A stretch of DNA of 64,000 bases. It comes from an uncultured Chlamydiales bacterium (GTDB taxonomy: Bacteria; Chlamydiota; Chlamydiia; Chlamydiales; JAAKFR01). The DNA is taken from positions 747,757-811,756 of the forward strand of contig OY969414.1 of the NCBI GenBank assembly GCA_963699155.1, in the 5' to 3' direction. Both the position numbers and the translations under genes were made by a program. Positions 40,700 to 50,392 of this stretch are shown one piece after another; position 1 is the stretch's first letter; each line of letters starts with the position of its first letter. A model generated the notes under the pieces. That model was given only the letters and a program-made list of their open reading frames with translations. It searched no databases and was not told the DNA's origin.

Positions 40700-41701
40700 T
40701 TATGCAAGAGGTGTCTTTTTTTCCTGAAATGAGTGGAGCAGCGCCACCCCGACCACCACAATAGGGGTTGCGAGTGCCAACCCCAGTGCTCCCACGATCA
40801 TCACAAGGATCATCTGGACCAGGATGGTAAAGCCGGGAGGAATCGAGACGGTGCGCTGTTCAATCTGGGGCGTGATGAAGTAGCCATCGATGAAGTGGAT
40901 CACCAGGTAGAGAATGGTCACGTAGAGTGCTTTCCAGGGGCTCTGGGCAAAGGCGATGAGGATCGCAGGGATAGAGGCTAAAATGGACCCCACATAGGGT
41001 ATGAAGGCCAGTAGAGCTGCTAGCAAGCCCAAAATCAGCGCGAGATTGACCCGCAAAGCCCATAGCCCGATGAAGGTCAGAAGGCCGATCACGACCATCG
41101 AGAGACATTTCCCGAGCAGCCACCACTTCAAGGAGAGACCAATCCGCTCGATGATCTCTTGAGCCCGCTGCTGACGCGTGGCTGGCACCTGAGCGATGAA
41201 CCAGCGGAAATATTGTTGCGGATTCAAAGCGAGATAGAATCCTAAAATGATGAAGAAGATAAAACCGATGACAGAACCGAGGGTCGAAGAGAAGACGGTG
41301 ACGATACTTTGTACCAATTTTTCATTCGAAAAGGAGAGCTCTTTGGTAAAAGTGGGGCTATTGAGAAAGCCCAAATAAGGGGCAAGCACCTTTTCCAAAT
41401 TTTTTCCGGCCTGAGGCAGTTGTTGGATGAGGAGATTTGTCTGATCAGTGATCAATGGTGCATAGAGCCAGAAGACAAAGGTGAAAATTCCGATCAAAAA
41501 GAGAAGAGCTAGGGACAAAGCGAGCAGGTAAGGAAGTCGTGTCACCATTTGGGCGAAACTTCCTAATGCATAAAGCAAAATCGCTAACAGAACTGCTGCG
41601 AAGGCAAGCAAGAAGATATCGATCGCACGCCAAAAAATGAGGGCAAAAACGACAAGCCCAAATAGCAGCCAAATTGCCCGACTGACTCTTTTGTCCAACA
41701 T
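40700..41701 (-). CDS. AI-2E family transporter
   Basis: FIPYVG, YFITPQI, LALATP motifs; polytopic. Confidence 0.88.
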   Translation of the reverse strand: MLDKRVSRAIWLLFGLVVFALIFWRAIDIFLLAFAAVLLAILLYALGSFAQMVTRLPYLLALSLALLFLIGIFTFVFWLYAPLITDQTNLLIQQLPQAGKNLEKVLAPYLGFLNSPTFTKELSFSNEKLVQSIVTVFSSTLGSVIGFIFFIILGFYLALNPQQYFRWFIAQVPATRQQRAQEIIERIGLSLKWWLLGKCLSMVVIGLLTFIGLWALRVNLALILGLLAALLAFIPYVGSILASIPAILIAFAQSPWKALYVTILYLVIHFIDGYFITPQIEQRTVSIPPGFTILVQMILVMIVGALGLALATPIVVVGVALLHSFQEKKTPLA

Positions 41702-41741
41702 AGATCCTCCTCACTCTTCTAGTGAGAAGGAAGATTATTTT

Positions 41742-42446
41742 CTAGGCTTTCAAATAGGATGTAGAATCAAACAGACCAGCTCGCGTCCCAAAATAGTCGA
41801 GCTTGAGCGCTTCTTCCTTTGAACCCTTCTCTTCAGTATAGGCCGCTTTGATCGAAAGGGCTTCAGCATCACGTCGCTCTAACGCCTCTTTTTTTCCCTG
41901 GATTGTGATGCGCATTTTAAAATAGGTTGTCTGATTGGGATCTATAAAACCGCTCTCAGCTACTTCCATTTTCTTTCTCAGAGACTCCATGATCAAAGTG
42001 AAATCCGTTTGCGTTGTGTCGAGTTTGGAAATTCTACCTGCTTCGGAAAGAGTCGCTTTTGCAACTAATTTGCCATCAACAGGGTGAGGATGAACAAGAC
42101 CCTTCTGAAAGTTAAGCATTTTCAGTACTCCACCGGCCGTCTGTTGTTCCAGGAGTTGAGCGGCATGGATAGCAAGAGTAGTCGAATCAAGCTTCTCCTC
42201 GAGCTGTTGGAAGACGTAGTCAGCCTTTTTCACTCCCTGAGGAGCTTGAGCCGGATCGATCACTGCCCCATTGACTTCCAACCTTCCTAAGCGATTTAAA
42301 TCCGTATAGGCGCTGCTCCAGAGGGGAGCACCTCCTTTTACCCTTCTAGAGGGGACCATTTCATAATGGCCCTGCGTCGGCCCCAATTGTTTCTCTAAAA
42401 GAGAAGAGCCCGGATAGATACTCCCAGAATCTTTATTAATTGCCAT
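41742..42446 (-). CDS. Hypothetical protein
   Basis: 234-aa ORF with no recognised motif. Confidence 0.65.
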   Translation of the reverse strand: MAINKDSGSIYPGSSLLEKQLGPTQGHYEMVPSRRVKGGAPLWSSAYTDLNRLGRLEVNGAVIDPAQAPQGVKKADYVFQQLEEKLDSTTLAIHAAQLLEQQTAGGVLKMLNFQKGLVHPHPVDGKLVAKATLSEAGRISKLDTTQTDFTLIMESLRKKMEVAESGFIDPNQTTYFKMRITIQGKKEALERRDAEALSIKAAYTEEKGSKEEALKLDYFGTRAGLFDSTSYLKA

Positions 42447-42569
42447 AAATAACTATACTTAATTAAATTTGCTAATATTTTAACAAATTAATTAAATAAA
42501 GTAAATATTTTATAATAAAGTTATTCTGGGAAACTTCTCCCTTTGCAAACTCTTAACGAACGGACAATT

Positions 42570-42599
42570 CTTTCCAATATATTGGAAAGCTGATATAAT
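42570..42599 (+). promoter_or_regulatory. Palindromic operator next to an extended -10 element
   Basis: Perfect 20-bp palindrome CTTTCCAATATATTGGAAAG followed by TGaTATAAT. Confidence 0.65.
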
Positions 42600-42633
42600 T
42601 AACTTAGATGACATCTTCTTAAAGGGACTAAAC

Positions 42634-42963
42634 ATGACCAAGAAAAAGACATTAAAAAAGCGAGAAGAATGTTTTAATGACATTCCAATCGTAAAGCCCA
42701 GTAAACAAGTAAAAGTTAAAAAGTTTGACCCAGAAGAAAAGCTAAGAGATAAAAACTTTGTTGCCCAGGCTCTTTTCGATGCGCTTTCAGAAGGTGATGA
42801 GGAAGCTGCTCTTGAAATTATCAACGCCTATGTGCAAGCGATGAAGAAAACTGAAATTGCCAAACATGAAAAAATGGCCACATCTACTGTTTATCACGCC
42901 CTATCGCCTAAAGCAAACCCAACTTTAAAAACTGTAGCTAAACTACTGCACGCGGTTGCTTAA
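42634..42963 (+). CDS. HTH addiction-module antidote-like protein (orphan)
   Basis: KFDPEEKL, TEIAK...STVYHALSPKANPTLKTVAKLL HTH signature. Confidence 0.75.
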   Translation: MTKKKTLKKREECFNDIPIVKPSKQVKVKKFDPEEKLRDKNFVAQALFDALSEGDEEAALEIINAYVQAMKKTEIAKHEKMATSTVYHALSPKANPTLKTVAKLLHAVA

Positions 42964-43091
42964 CTGAGAATCTCATTGTTTTTCTCGAAGCGAGATTCCA
43001 GAGGGCCACTCTTCGATTTTTATAATCAACTCTATCTGGGGGATCAAAGCAAGACTCTGCCCAGTTGGTATTCCCAAGTTGGTCCTGTTTT

Positions 43092-43493
43092 TCATTTGAT
43101 CAGGAAGTATTTCTTTAAAGTTTCGTTGTGCCTCTCGATATCCAGTTCGGGATAGCGCGCTTCGAGCTGAGCCCAAGTATCTCGTGAGCTAAGATCATCG
43201 AGGTTGGAGGGTTTTTGACTGTGCCAAGACCTCTGACTGAGGGAAATTCTCCTTAAAATGATCGGAAGGGCAATTCCTGATGCGAGGGCGACCCCGGCTC
43301 CTGCCCCACCTAGAGAGAAATAGAGGGAGGGATCGAGATGGCCAAAATAGGCGCCAACGCCGCCAGCGGCAGCCAAAAGCCCTATGATTAGGCCTGCAAT
43401 AGCTATATTGCGTAATACTTGATGTTTTTTCTCTGCGGCTATGCAGCTAGGCCGGCTAGTTGATGGGGTAATTAATAAAGAGGTGTCTGACAT
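43092..43493 (-). CDS. Inc-like membrane protein
   Basis: Bilobed hydrophobic domain IAIAGLIIGLLAAAGG...GAGVALASGIALPIIL. Confidence 0.6.
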   Translation of the reverse strand: MSDTSLLITPSTSRPSCIAAEKKHQVLRNIAIAGLIIGLLAAAGGVGAYFGHLDPSLYFSLGGAGAGVALASGIALPIILRRISLSQRSWHSQKPSNLDDLSSRDTWAQLEARYPELDIERHNETLKKYFLIK

Positions 43494-43547
43494 AGTGATA
43501 TCCTTTTTACAAAGAACTTATAATATATAAATTGTTAATTAACAAGT

Positions 43548-43605
43548 TTTTATTGTTCGACGTTGGAGAAGCCCTGGCTTGCCGTCAAGAAGGGAGAGGT
43601 TTTGG
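43548..43605 (-). repeat. Degenerate direct-repeat copy of the icd 3' end
   Basis: Matches 43790..43846 with an indel and a few substitutions. Confidence 0.9.
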
Positions 43606-43791
43606 TGATGTGGCTACTATGGCCTGCCAGAAGCTTGGGCTGATCAACCCTTCTTTTTGAAGGGCCTTGATTTCTGCTGAATTATTAGGAGTATGAATCG
43701 TTGAAAAACCCTCGTCTCCTCCTAGGTAGGCCCCAATGATGAGATCGACGGTGTACTTTTTGAAATTTTGAGTCGCCGCTGTGTAAGGCTT

Positions 43792-45225
43792 TTATTGTTC
43801 GACGTTGGAGAAGCCAGGCTTGCCGTCAAAGAGGTAGAGGTTTTGGGTCTGGATGATGTCGAGGCCTGCTTGATCGAGCTTCTGGAGGAGGGAGGTGATC
43901 TGGGTGAAGGGGATGGGGGAGGGGCTTTCGAATCTGCAGCGCCAGTGGTCGATACAGAAGGTTTCGGGAATGCCTTGGGGCCAGACCTTGACCCCGCGGT
44001 TGGTGATGAGGGAGAGCTTGAGGGTGGAGCCTAAGGGTTGGAGCCTTTTCTGGAGGGTGTCGACAGCATCGTGGGAGTAGAGGTAGACATCGACACCGAC
44101 GAGTTCGCGTTTGGTTGAGAAGGGGGTTGAACCGTGATGAGACCACTCTTCGTGGGGTTTGGTTTTGTAGGTGACTGCGGGGAGGGTTTTGGGTTTCTGG
44201 CCGAGGCGCAGGGCAATGGCTTCGGCAAACTCGCGGGTGCCTACTTTCTGGCGGCTGGTTGGCTCTCGATAGATGTCGGGGGTGTGGATCCCCTCTTCGA
44301 TTGTCTTGAGGAAGGCGTTGTGGATCTTTTCGGCCACCTCGGGCTGATGGATATGGACGAGCATGAGGACTGATGAGAGGAGGAGGCCAGCGGGGTTGGC
44401 CACATTTTGGCCAGCCCTTTTGGGAGCTGAACCGTGGATCGCCTCATACATGGCCCCCTTTTCGCCGATATTGGCAGTGCCGACCAGGCCGACGGAGCCG
44501 GTGATCTGGGCGGTCACATCGGAGACGATATCGCCATAGAGGTTGGGCATGACGATGAGATCGAAATGTTCGGGGGTATCTGCCACCTTGGCGGTGCCGA
44601 TATCGATGATCCAGTGCTCATGTTCGATCTGGGGGTACTCTTGAGCGATCTGGAGAAAAATTTTGTGAAAGAGACCATCGCTGAATTTGAGAATATTGTC
44701 TTTAGTGAAGCAGGTGACCTTTTTACGCCCATAGCGAACAGCATACTCGAAGGCGTAGCGGATGATCCGTTCACAACCGGGGCGACTGATCAGTTTTAGG
44801 GCCTGACAGACATCGGGGGTCTGCTGGTACTCGATTCCCGTATAGAGATCTTCCTCGTTTTCCCGGATAATGACGACATCCATTTGGGGATGTTTCGTCT
44901 GGATGAAGGGGTAGTAGGAGACGCAGGGGCGGACATTGGCATAGAGCCCCAGGGCTCCCCGGATAGTCACGTTGAGGCTGCGGTAACCCCCGCCCTGTGG
45001 GGTGGTGATAGGCGCTTTTAAAAAGACTTTTGTTCTACGGAGCGACTCCCAAGCCTCTGGCTCGATCCCTGCGGGCTCTCCCGCTAAGTAGACCTTTTCC
45101 CCAACAGCAATTTTTTCAATTTCGATCTGAGCCCCCGCCTCTTTCAAAACATGGAGAGTGGCGGCCATGATCTCTGGGCCGATGCCATCGCCCTCAGCAA
45201 CAGTTATAGGGGTTTTCTTGACCAT
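43792..45225 (-). CDS. icd: NADP-dependent isocitrate dehydrogenase
   Basis: GDGIGPEI, RENEEDLY, PNLYGDIVSD, EAIHGSAP. Confidence 0.96.
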   Translation of the reverse strand: MVKKTPITVAEGDGIGPEIMAATLHVLKEAGAQIEIEKIAVGEKVYLAGEPAGIEPEAWESLRRTKVFLKAPITTPQGGGYRSLNVTIRGALGLYANVRPCVSYYPFIQTKHPQMDVVIIRENEEDLYTGIEYQQTPDVCQALKLISRPGCERIIRYAFEYAVRYGRKKVTCFTKDNILKFSDGLFHKIFLQIAQEYPQIEHEHWIIDIGTAKVADTPEHFDLIVMPNLYGDIVSDVTAQITGSVGLVGTANIGEKGAMYEAIHGSAPKRAGQNVANPAGLLLSSVLMLVHIHQPEVAEKIHNAFLKTIEEGIHTPDIYREPTSRQKVGTREFAEAIALRLGQKPKTLPAVTYKTKPHEEWSHHGSTPFSTKRELVGVDVYLYSHDAVDTLQKRLQPLGSTLKLSLITNRGVKVWPQGIPETFCIDHWRCRFESPSPIPFTQITSLLQKLDQAGLDIIQTQNLYLFDGKPGFSNVEQ

Positions 45226-45289
45226 AACCGCTACCTTAGAACATTTTTTCAATGACTTCAAGGCCCTTTCTGATTAAAATTCTACTCTC

Positions 45290-46249
45290 ATGTTCCAGGA
45301 TCTTTTAGTCAAACAGAAGCAGCATCTCGATACCTACTTCGATCAGATCGATAGTGCCAGTTGTGAAGCACTTGTCGATGCCATTTTAGCCTGCCAAGGG
45401 GTTCTCTATTTTACCGGGATCGGTAAGAGCGGTTTCGTCGCTCAAAAAATTGCCGCCACAATGCTCTCGACAGGGACCAAAGCCTTCTTTCTGCCACCGA
45501 TCGATGCGCTCCATGGTGATCTCGGCATGGTCGCTAAAAAAGATCTCGTCCTGATTTTGAGTAAGAGCGGCGAAACTGAGGAGCTTCTCCAGCTTCTGCC
45601 CTCGATTCGCAATAAAGGGGCAGCCATCGTCGCCATTACCTCAGAAAAGGGGAGCCGCCTGGCTAAGGGGGCCGATCGGACGGTCATTCTTCCTTGCGAA
45701 AACGAACTCTGCCCTTTCGATCTCGCACCGACCACCTCGACCGAAGTGCAACTGCTCTTTGGAGATGCTCTGGCGATTGCCTTGATGGAAAAGAGAGGTT
45801 TCAGTCTCGCCCAGTTTGCAGAGAACCATCCGGCAGGCCGCATCGGCAGGCGAAGCGCTCTCAAAGTGCGTGATCTGATGCTCGACGAGGAGCGCACACC
45901 TCTCTGTCTCTCCGACGATCGTTTAGAGGAAATTCTGGTCGATTTTTCGAGCAAGCGGTGCGGCTGCATGATCGTCATCGATAGCGACAAAAGACTGAAG
46001 GGCATTTTTACCGATGGCGACTTGCGACGCGCCCTCCAGGCAAAGGGGGAAATGGTCCTCCAACAACATGTAGGGGTACTAATGACCCAAACGCCGAAAT
46101 CGATTTCTGTGGATGCCGCTGCCTGGGATGCTTTGAAGCTGATGGAATCAGATCAAAAGCATCCTGTCATGGTTCTCCCCGTTCTCGATGATGAGGAGGC
46201 TGTCGTCGGCATCATCAAGATGCACGATCTGATCCAAGCTGGTCTTTGA
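45290..46249 (+). CDS. kdsD: Arabinose-5-phosphate isomerase (KpsF/GutQ, SIS plus CBS domains)
   Basis: TGIGKSG, HGDLG, APTTST, HPAG, GIFTDGDLRR. Confidence 0.95.
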   Translation: MFQDLLVKQKQHLDTYFDQIDSASCEALVDAILACQGVLYFTGIGKSGFVAQKIAATMLSTGTKAFFLPPIDALHGDLGMVAKKDLVLILSKSGETEELLQLLPSIRNKGAAIVAITSEKGSRLAKGADRTVILPCENELCPFDLAPTTSTEVQLLFGDALAIALMEKRGFSLAQFAENHPAGRIGRRSALKVRDLMLDEERTPLCLSDDRLEEILVDFSSKRCGCMIVIDSDKRLKGIFTDGDLRRALQAKGEMVLQQHVGVLMTQTPKSISVDAAAWDALKLMESDQKHPVMVLPVLDDEEAVVGIIKMHDLIQAGL

Positions 46250-46838
46250 GTGACGCACCACCCCATGCAAGCTGGTCTTTGATTTCCTGACTTGTTGCTT
46301 CTCTGATTTCCTTCCATGTTGCTTCTGTAAAGTAAGGCATGAAAAGATCACAACCCTCAAACTGCTGCTGGCTATGAGCCATGAAGGCGGCACCATCAAA
46401 ATGGGGCTGCAGGACTTTGATTTTTTCCCGACTCTGCTTCTTTAGCCAGATCCCGATGCCATAGAGATCCTCTTTCTCCAAATAATCCATCTTCTCCAGG
46501 CAGGTTAGAGGAATCTGCATCAAAGGTTTGCCATTTCTTTTGAAAGTCAGCGACTCTGCATCGACTTGCAACAGGTGGGGATGGAGCTGCAAGCGCGAGA
46601 GCTGGCGGTAGGGCCATAATCCGAGCGCAATCAACGCCATCCCTGTCAGAAAAAGGGGAATTCCGACGATTTTCAGAAGAGAAAGGGGCAAAAATGTCCC
46701 TCCAATAATGAGCAGGAGTGCCCCAGCTCCACCGAGAATGGCCCCCCGTTTGAGTGAATGATTTAGGAGCTGAGAGCGGATGGCGCTGCGATAGATTTCT
46801 CTTTCCGTGAGACGATCCATGCAAATAGGATATTCCAT
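46215..46838 (-). CDS. Membrane hypothetical protein
   Basis: Two N-terminal TM segments followed by a soluble domain. Confidence 0.7.
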   Translation of the reverse strand: MEYPICMDRLTEREIYRSAIRSQLLNHSLKRGAILGGAGALLLIIGGTFLPLSLLKIVGIPLFLTGMALIALGLWPYRQLSRLQLHPHLLQVDAESLTFKRNGKPLMQIPLTCLEKMDYLEKEDLYGIGIWLKKQSREKIKVLQPHFDGAAFMAHSQQQFEGCDLFMPYFTEATWKEIREATSQEIKDQLAWGGASLKDQLGSDRAS

Positions 46839-47530
46839 ACACTATAACAAAAGATACGGAAGAATGAGAGCGAGGAAGCAAAACTGGCCTCGATCACCTC
46901 ATCGCCTTTCCCCTCTAAAATCCATTTTAAACGGGCTATATTGAAGAAGAAGAGTCCTTTTTCAATAGTTGATTCCGTGACACTACCCTCCTTCGCCCAT
47001 TCCTTGACGAGATAGCGGTGCCATCCTCGAAGGAGCTTTTCGCGGCTGTTTCCACCCTCACTGTCGACATAATGGTCCAAAACATAGTTCTCGGAAGGAA
47101 AGAGAGTCTCTTTTTTAAGTATAGGCTGCTGAAAATAGGCGTAGCCCACAACCAGCATGGGCAGAATCCAAACAGTTTTGCTTGCCCCTTCGATCTGAAA
47201 GAGCAGGAGAAAGGAGATGAGGATGGAGAAAAAGAGCCAGGCGAGGGCAAACGGGGGAGTCGCACTCAAAAAATGGCTCCCTAACGCTTTCCAGAAGGAA
47301 GGGACAGTTTTCTGAAGGGCTACCGAATAGCCCTCTAAAATGAGCCGTTGGTCACTGGGAGAGAGCTGTTGAAACAACTCATTTTTTTCATGCACCATCT
47401 CATAGAGAGCGAGCTGCGATTTATAGGCTACGATTGCTTTGACATAGGGTTGAAGCAACAGCCAAAATAAAAAAGAAAATGCCAAACAAAGATGGCAGAT
47501 GATTAAAATTTTTTTCTTGCGAGACATCAT
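46763..47530 (-). CDS. Membrane hypothetical protein
   Basis: About four hydrophobic segments. Confidence 0.7.
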   Translation of the reverse strand: MMSRKKKILIICHLCLAFSFLFWLLLQPYVKAIVAYKSQLALYEMVHEKNELFQQLSPSDQRLILEGYSVALQKTVPSFWKALGSHFLSATPPFALAWLFFSILISFLLLFQIEGASKTVWILPMLVVGYAYFQQPILKKETLFPSENYVLDHYVDSEGGNSREKLLRGWHRYLVKEWAKEGSVTESTIEKGLFFFNIARLKWILEGKGDEVIEASFASSLSFFRIFCYSVWNILFAWIVSRKEKSIAAPSALSS

Positions 47531-47558
47531 TTAACGACACTTCTATAATTTATTCCCT

Positions 47559-48419
47559 ATGCGTATAAAGAGAAACTTATTTTTCTTAGTTATCTTTGGT
47601 TTATTGAGTTGGTTGGCCATTTATTCATATAACCATGTGACCGATGGTTTCAGTATCTATCAGATGAGCTCCTCTCTGCCTCCCTGCCCACAATTTGAGG
47701 TGGCATTGACTCATGAGAAAAAAGAGAGTCTCCAACAGGTTTTAGATCAGCCCTTCCGTTACATGGGTAAAGGATGCCAGTTTTATGTCTTTTCCAGCGC
47801 TGATAATCACTATGTGATCAAATTTCTTAAGCAGAAACATCTCAGGCAGTTTGAATGGCTGCAGCGCCTTCCCATGCCCCATCCGTGGCGTAAGCTCGCT
47901 GACCAAAAAATAGAGAGGCGCAAGGAGCGGGTAGAACGTCTCTTTTCTAGCTGCAAATTGGCTTATGAGAAGATGGCAGAAGAGACGGGGCTTCTCTATG
48001 TCCATCTCAACCAGATACCTGCATTAGAAAAAGAGATCCTGCTTATCGATAAGTTGGGTCTCAACCATCATGTGGCGATCGACGATTATGAATTTGTGAT
48101 TCAGAAAAAAGCAGTACCCGTTAAAGAGGCGTTGGCCGATCTGACACCCGAAGAGGTGGCTCACAAAATCGAAGAGCTGGCCCACCTCGTATTAGCCCGC
48201 TGTCAAAAAGGGATTCGAGATCGAGACCGCTCCTTTGTCCAGAATGTGGCCTTTTCTGCCAGCGAAGGGAGAGCTATTTTTACCGATGTGGGTCAATTTT
48301 ATGAAGACCCAACTATCCTCTTAGAGGAAGAACAGGCAAAAGATTTAGCGAAGCGTCTCTCTAATCTCGGCTACTGGATGGGCCGCCATTTTCCCGATTT
48401 AGCCCAGACGGTTCCATGA
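47559..48419 (+). CDS. Signal-anchored protein with kinase-like motifs
   Basis: GKGCQFYVF, YVIK, GIRDRD...N, FTDVG in kinase subdomain order. Confidence 0.55.
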   Translation: MRIKRNLFFLVIFGLLSWLAIYSYNHVTDGFSIYQMSSSLPPCPQFEVALTHEKKESLQQVLDQPFRYMGKGCQFYVFSSADNHYVIKFLKQKHLRQFEWLQRLPMPHPWRKLADQKIERRKERVERLFSSCKLAYEKMAEETGLLYVHLNQIPALEKEILLIDKLGLNHHVAIDDYEFVIQKKAVPVKEALADLTPEEVAHKIEELAHLVLARCQKGIRDRDRSFVQNVAFSASEGRAIFTDVGQFYEDPTILLEEEQAKDLAKRLSNLGYWMGRHFPDLAQTVP

Positions 48420-50392
48420 TCAATAGAGCTTCCGAATGTCACCTTTCCTACTGCTTAAGCCCACCTCGAGAAAGTTGTATCATGGCCACAACGATCACTC
48501 TCATTGCGCTTGCGGGCATTTCCACACTCACTTTTTGTCTACTGGGCCATTTTCAACTGATCTCGGGTATTAATACCCTTTCCCAGACCGTTTTAGCATG
48601 CTCCAGTGGGGGATTGGCGGTCGTGGCTTTAGTGATGAGTGCAGTGAGTGCGCTGAAGGAGAAGGAGCCTATCCTTCCAGAGATTCACGATCCTGCCACT
48701 CTCAAAGCCACTTTGGACCAGCTCTGTACAGGGATGATCGAGGCCTTAGAAGCCGAAGATCCGATGGATACGATCCATCAATTGGCTGAAGAGATTCCTT
48801 TAGAACTTTTGGAAAAGGCTGTTCAAACGGCCTTCAATCACAAAAGCAGCGCACAAAAGCTCGCACAAAGCATGATAGGACAGGCACAATTTTTTGTGGC
48901 AGCAAGACATCCTCCCACACCGAGCTGTCAAGCCAGGATGAGAGATCTCGGTGATAAGATCTTGGGCCTCTTTGATAACCTCTTTTGGGCATTCGGGATT
49001 TCAGAGTTCTTTAAACCTTCCGAAAACGACCAACATGCCGATGCCAAATTCCAAAAAATTGTAATGCTCATCAGCTTCTTTACCTTGATGACATCGACAA
49101 TCCTTCCTCTTCTCGGTATTACGACGGGATCCTCCGTCGTTGCAGGGATTCTCATCTTTTTCTGCGTCATGAGCCTGATCTGGCCAAAGATCCGCCCCTT
49201 TTCCACCCATCTTCCCGAAGCGGAAAATTGGTCGAAACAGGTCCGTATGGGCGAAATGATAGCTCCCTTAGGTCGTAAAGAGGCCGTCGACAGAATCCGG
49301 GATGCTCTCAATCAGCGCCAGCCGGTCATGATTGTCGGCCCCTCTGGAATCGGTAAAACCATAGCTGTACAAGCACTGACAGCTGCCATTGAGCAGGGCA
49401 AAAGTCCTGAACTGGCTGGCAAAGAGGTGATCTACTTTAATATGGCCGACCTCATCTCACACTATGATTACTCGGGCTACCGCAACACCATTTTAAAACG
49501 GATCTCTGCAGCCGGCATCCACAATTATATCCCTGTCATCGATAACCTCCTGAAGGCCTATAAGCCTCATGAGGGTACCGATGTCGGAAGCCAGCTGCGC
49601 ACCTTTCTCGATGACAAACCCGAAAATAGTTTTAAGTTTTTCATTGGGATCGCCGAATTGGAAGAATATGCGGAATGGGCCGCTACTTCTGAAGCTTCTG
49701 AAGGACGCCGTTTCGATAATGTCGTTTATGTCAGAGATACGAGCATAGAAAATACGCTCGCCATTCTTCGCCGCCACATTTTACAAGAAGCGCCCTACGC
49801 ATTGGTGGAAAAGGGGGCATTAGAATTTCTCTATGAGTCGACTAAAGACAAGGGCCCTCTTCCCTTATTCCCTCTCCAGATCCTCAAACGATGCATCACA
49901 AAGATCTCACAAACTCAAAAGACGCCACTTGCACAGAAGAGAGATCACGAAGAAAGTAAGCTCTTAGAAGCCCACTCTGAGGGTGCTGTGAGCGGTGATG
50001 AAGTGGTCTCTACGAAGATCGATACGTGTGAAAATCATTTAAAAGTGGTGCAAGAAAAGTTTGATCCGCAGAAGAAAGATGCCGACCTTGTAGCAGCAGC
50101 TCGAAATGCTTTAATCAAAGTACGTGAAGCCAAATTCCAGGCCGTCTTAGATACAGTATCCTCAGAAGAGAATCAAAACAAGCTGACAGAATTCTTGCTG
50201 CTGAAATATTTCTTCGAGAGGCATCTCGAAGAGGCCATCCGAACTACAAGTCAAAAAATTCCCGGCTTTCGCGCCACGATCAATCGTGAGCTGGTCCAGG
50301 AGGCTCTCAAGGAATATGAGGAAAGCCATCGAGAGCAGATCCAAGCTGTGCAAGAAGGTCAAAAACATAAAAAAGACCGTTTAAAAACATGA
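48416..50392 (+). CDS. Membrane-anchored ClpB-NBD1-like AAA+ protein, paralog A (Walker B degenerate)
   Basis: GPSGIGKT, PELAGKEVIYFNM, PVIDNL, GRRF; four TM segments. Confidence 0.8.
   Translation: MINRASECHLSYCLSPPRESCIMATTITLIALAGISTLTFCLLGHFQLISGINTLSQTVLACSSGGLAVVALVMSAVSALKEKEPILPEIHDPATLKATLDQLCTGMIEALEAEDPMDTIHQLAEEIPLELLEKAVQTAFNHKSSAQKLAQSMIGQAQFFVAARHPPTPSCQARMRDLGDKILGLFDNLFWAFGISEFFKPSENDQHADAKFQKIVMLISFFTLMTSTILPLLGITTGSSVVAGILIFFCVMSLIWPKIRPFSTHLPEAENWSKQVRMGEMIAPLGRKEAVDRIRDALNQRQPVMIVGPSGIGKTIAVQALTAAIEQGKSPELAGKEVIYFNMADLISHYDYSGYRNTILKRISAAGIHNYIPVIDNLLKAYKPHEGTDVGSQLRTFLDDKPENSFKFFIGIAELEEYAEWAATSEASEGRRFDNVVYVRDTSIENTLAILRRHILQEAPYALVEKGALEFLYESTKDKGPLPLFPLQILKRCITKISQTQKTPLAQKRDHEESKLLEAHSEGAVSGDEVVSTKIDTCENHLKVVQEKFDPQKKDADLVAAARNALIKVREAKFQAVLDTVSSEENQNKLTEFLLLKYFFERHLEEAIRTTSQKIPGFRATINRELVQEALKEYEESHREQIQAVQEGQKHKKDRLKT

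Noticed and set aside
42973..43176. Possible frameshifted continuation of 43092..43493
   Set aside because: No slippery site or recognisable homology; cannot be supported from sequence alone.
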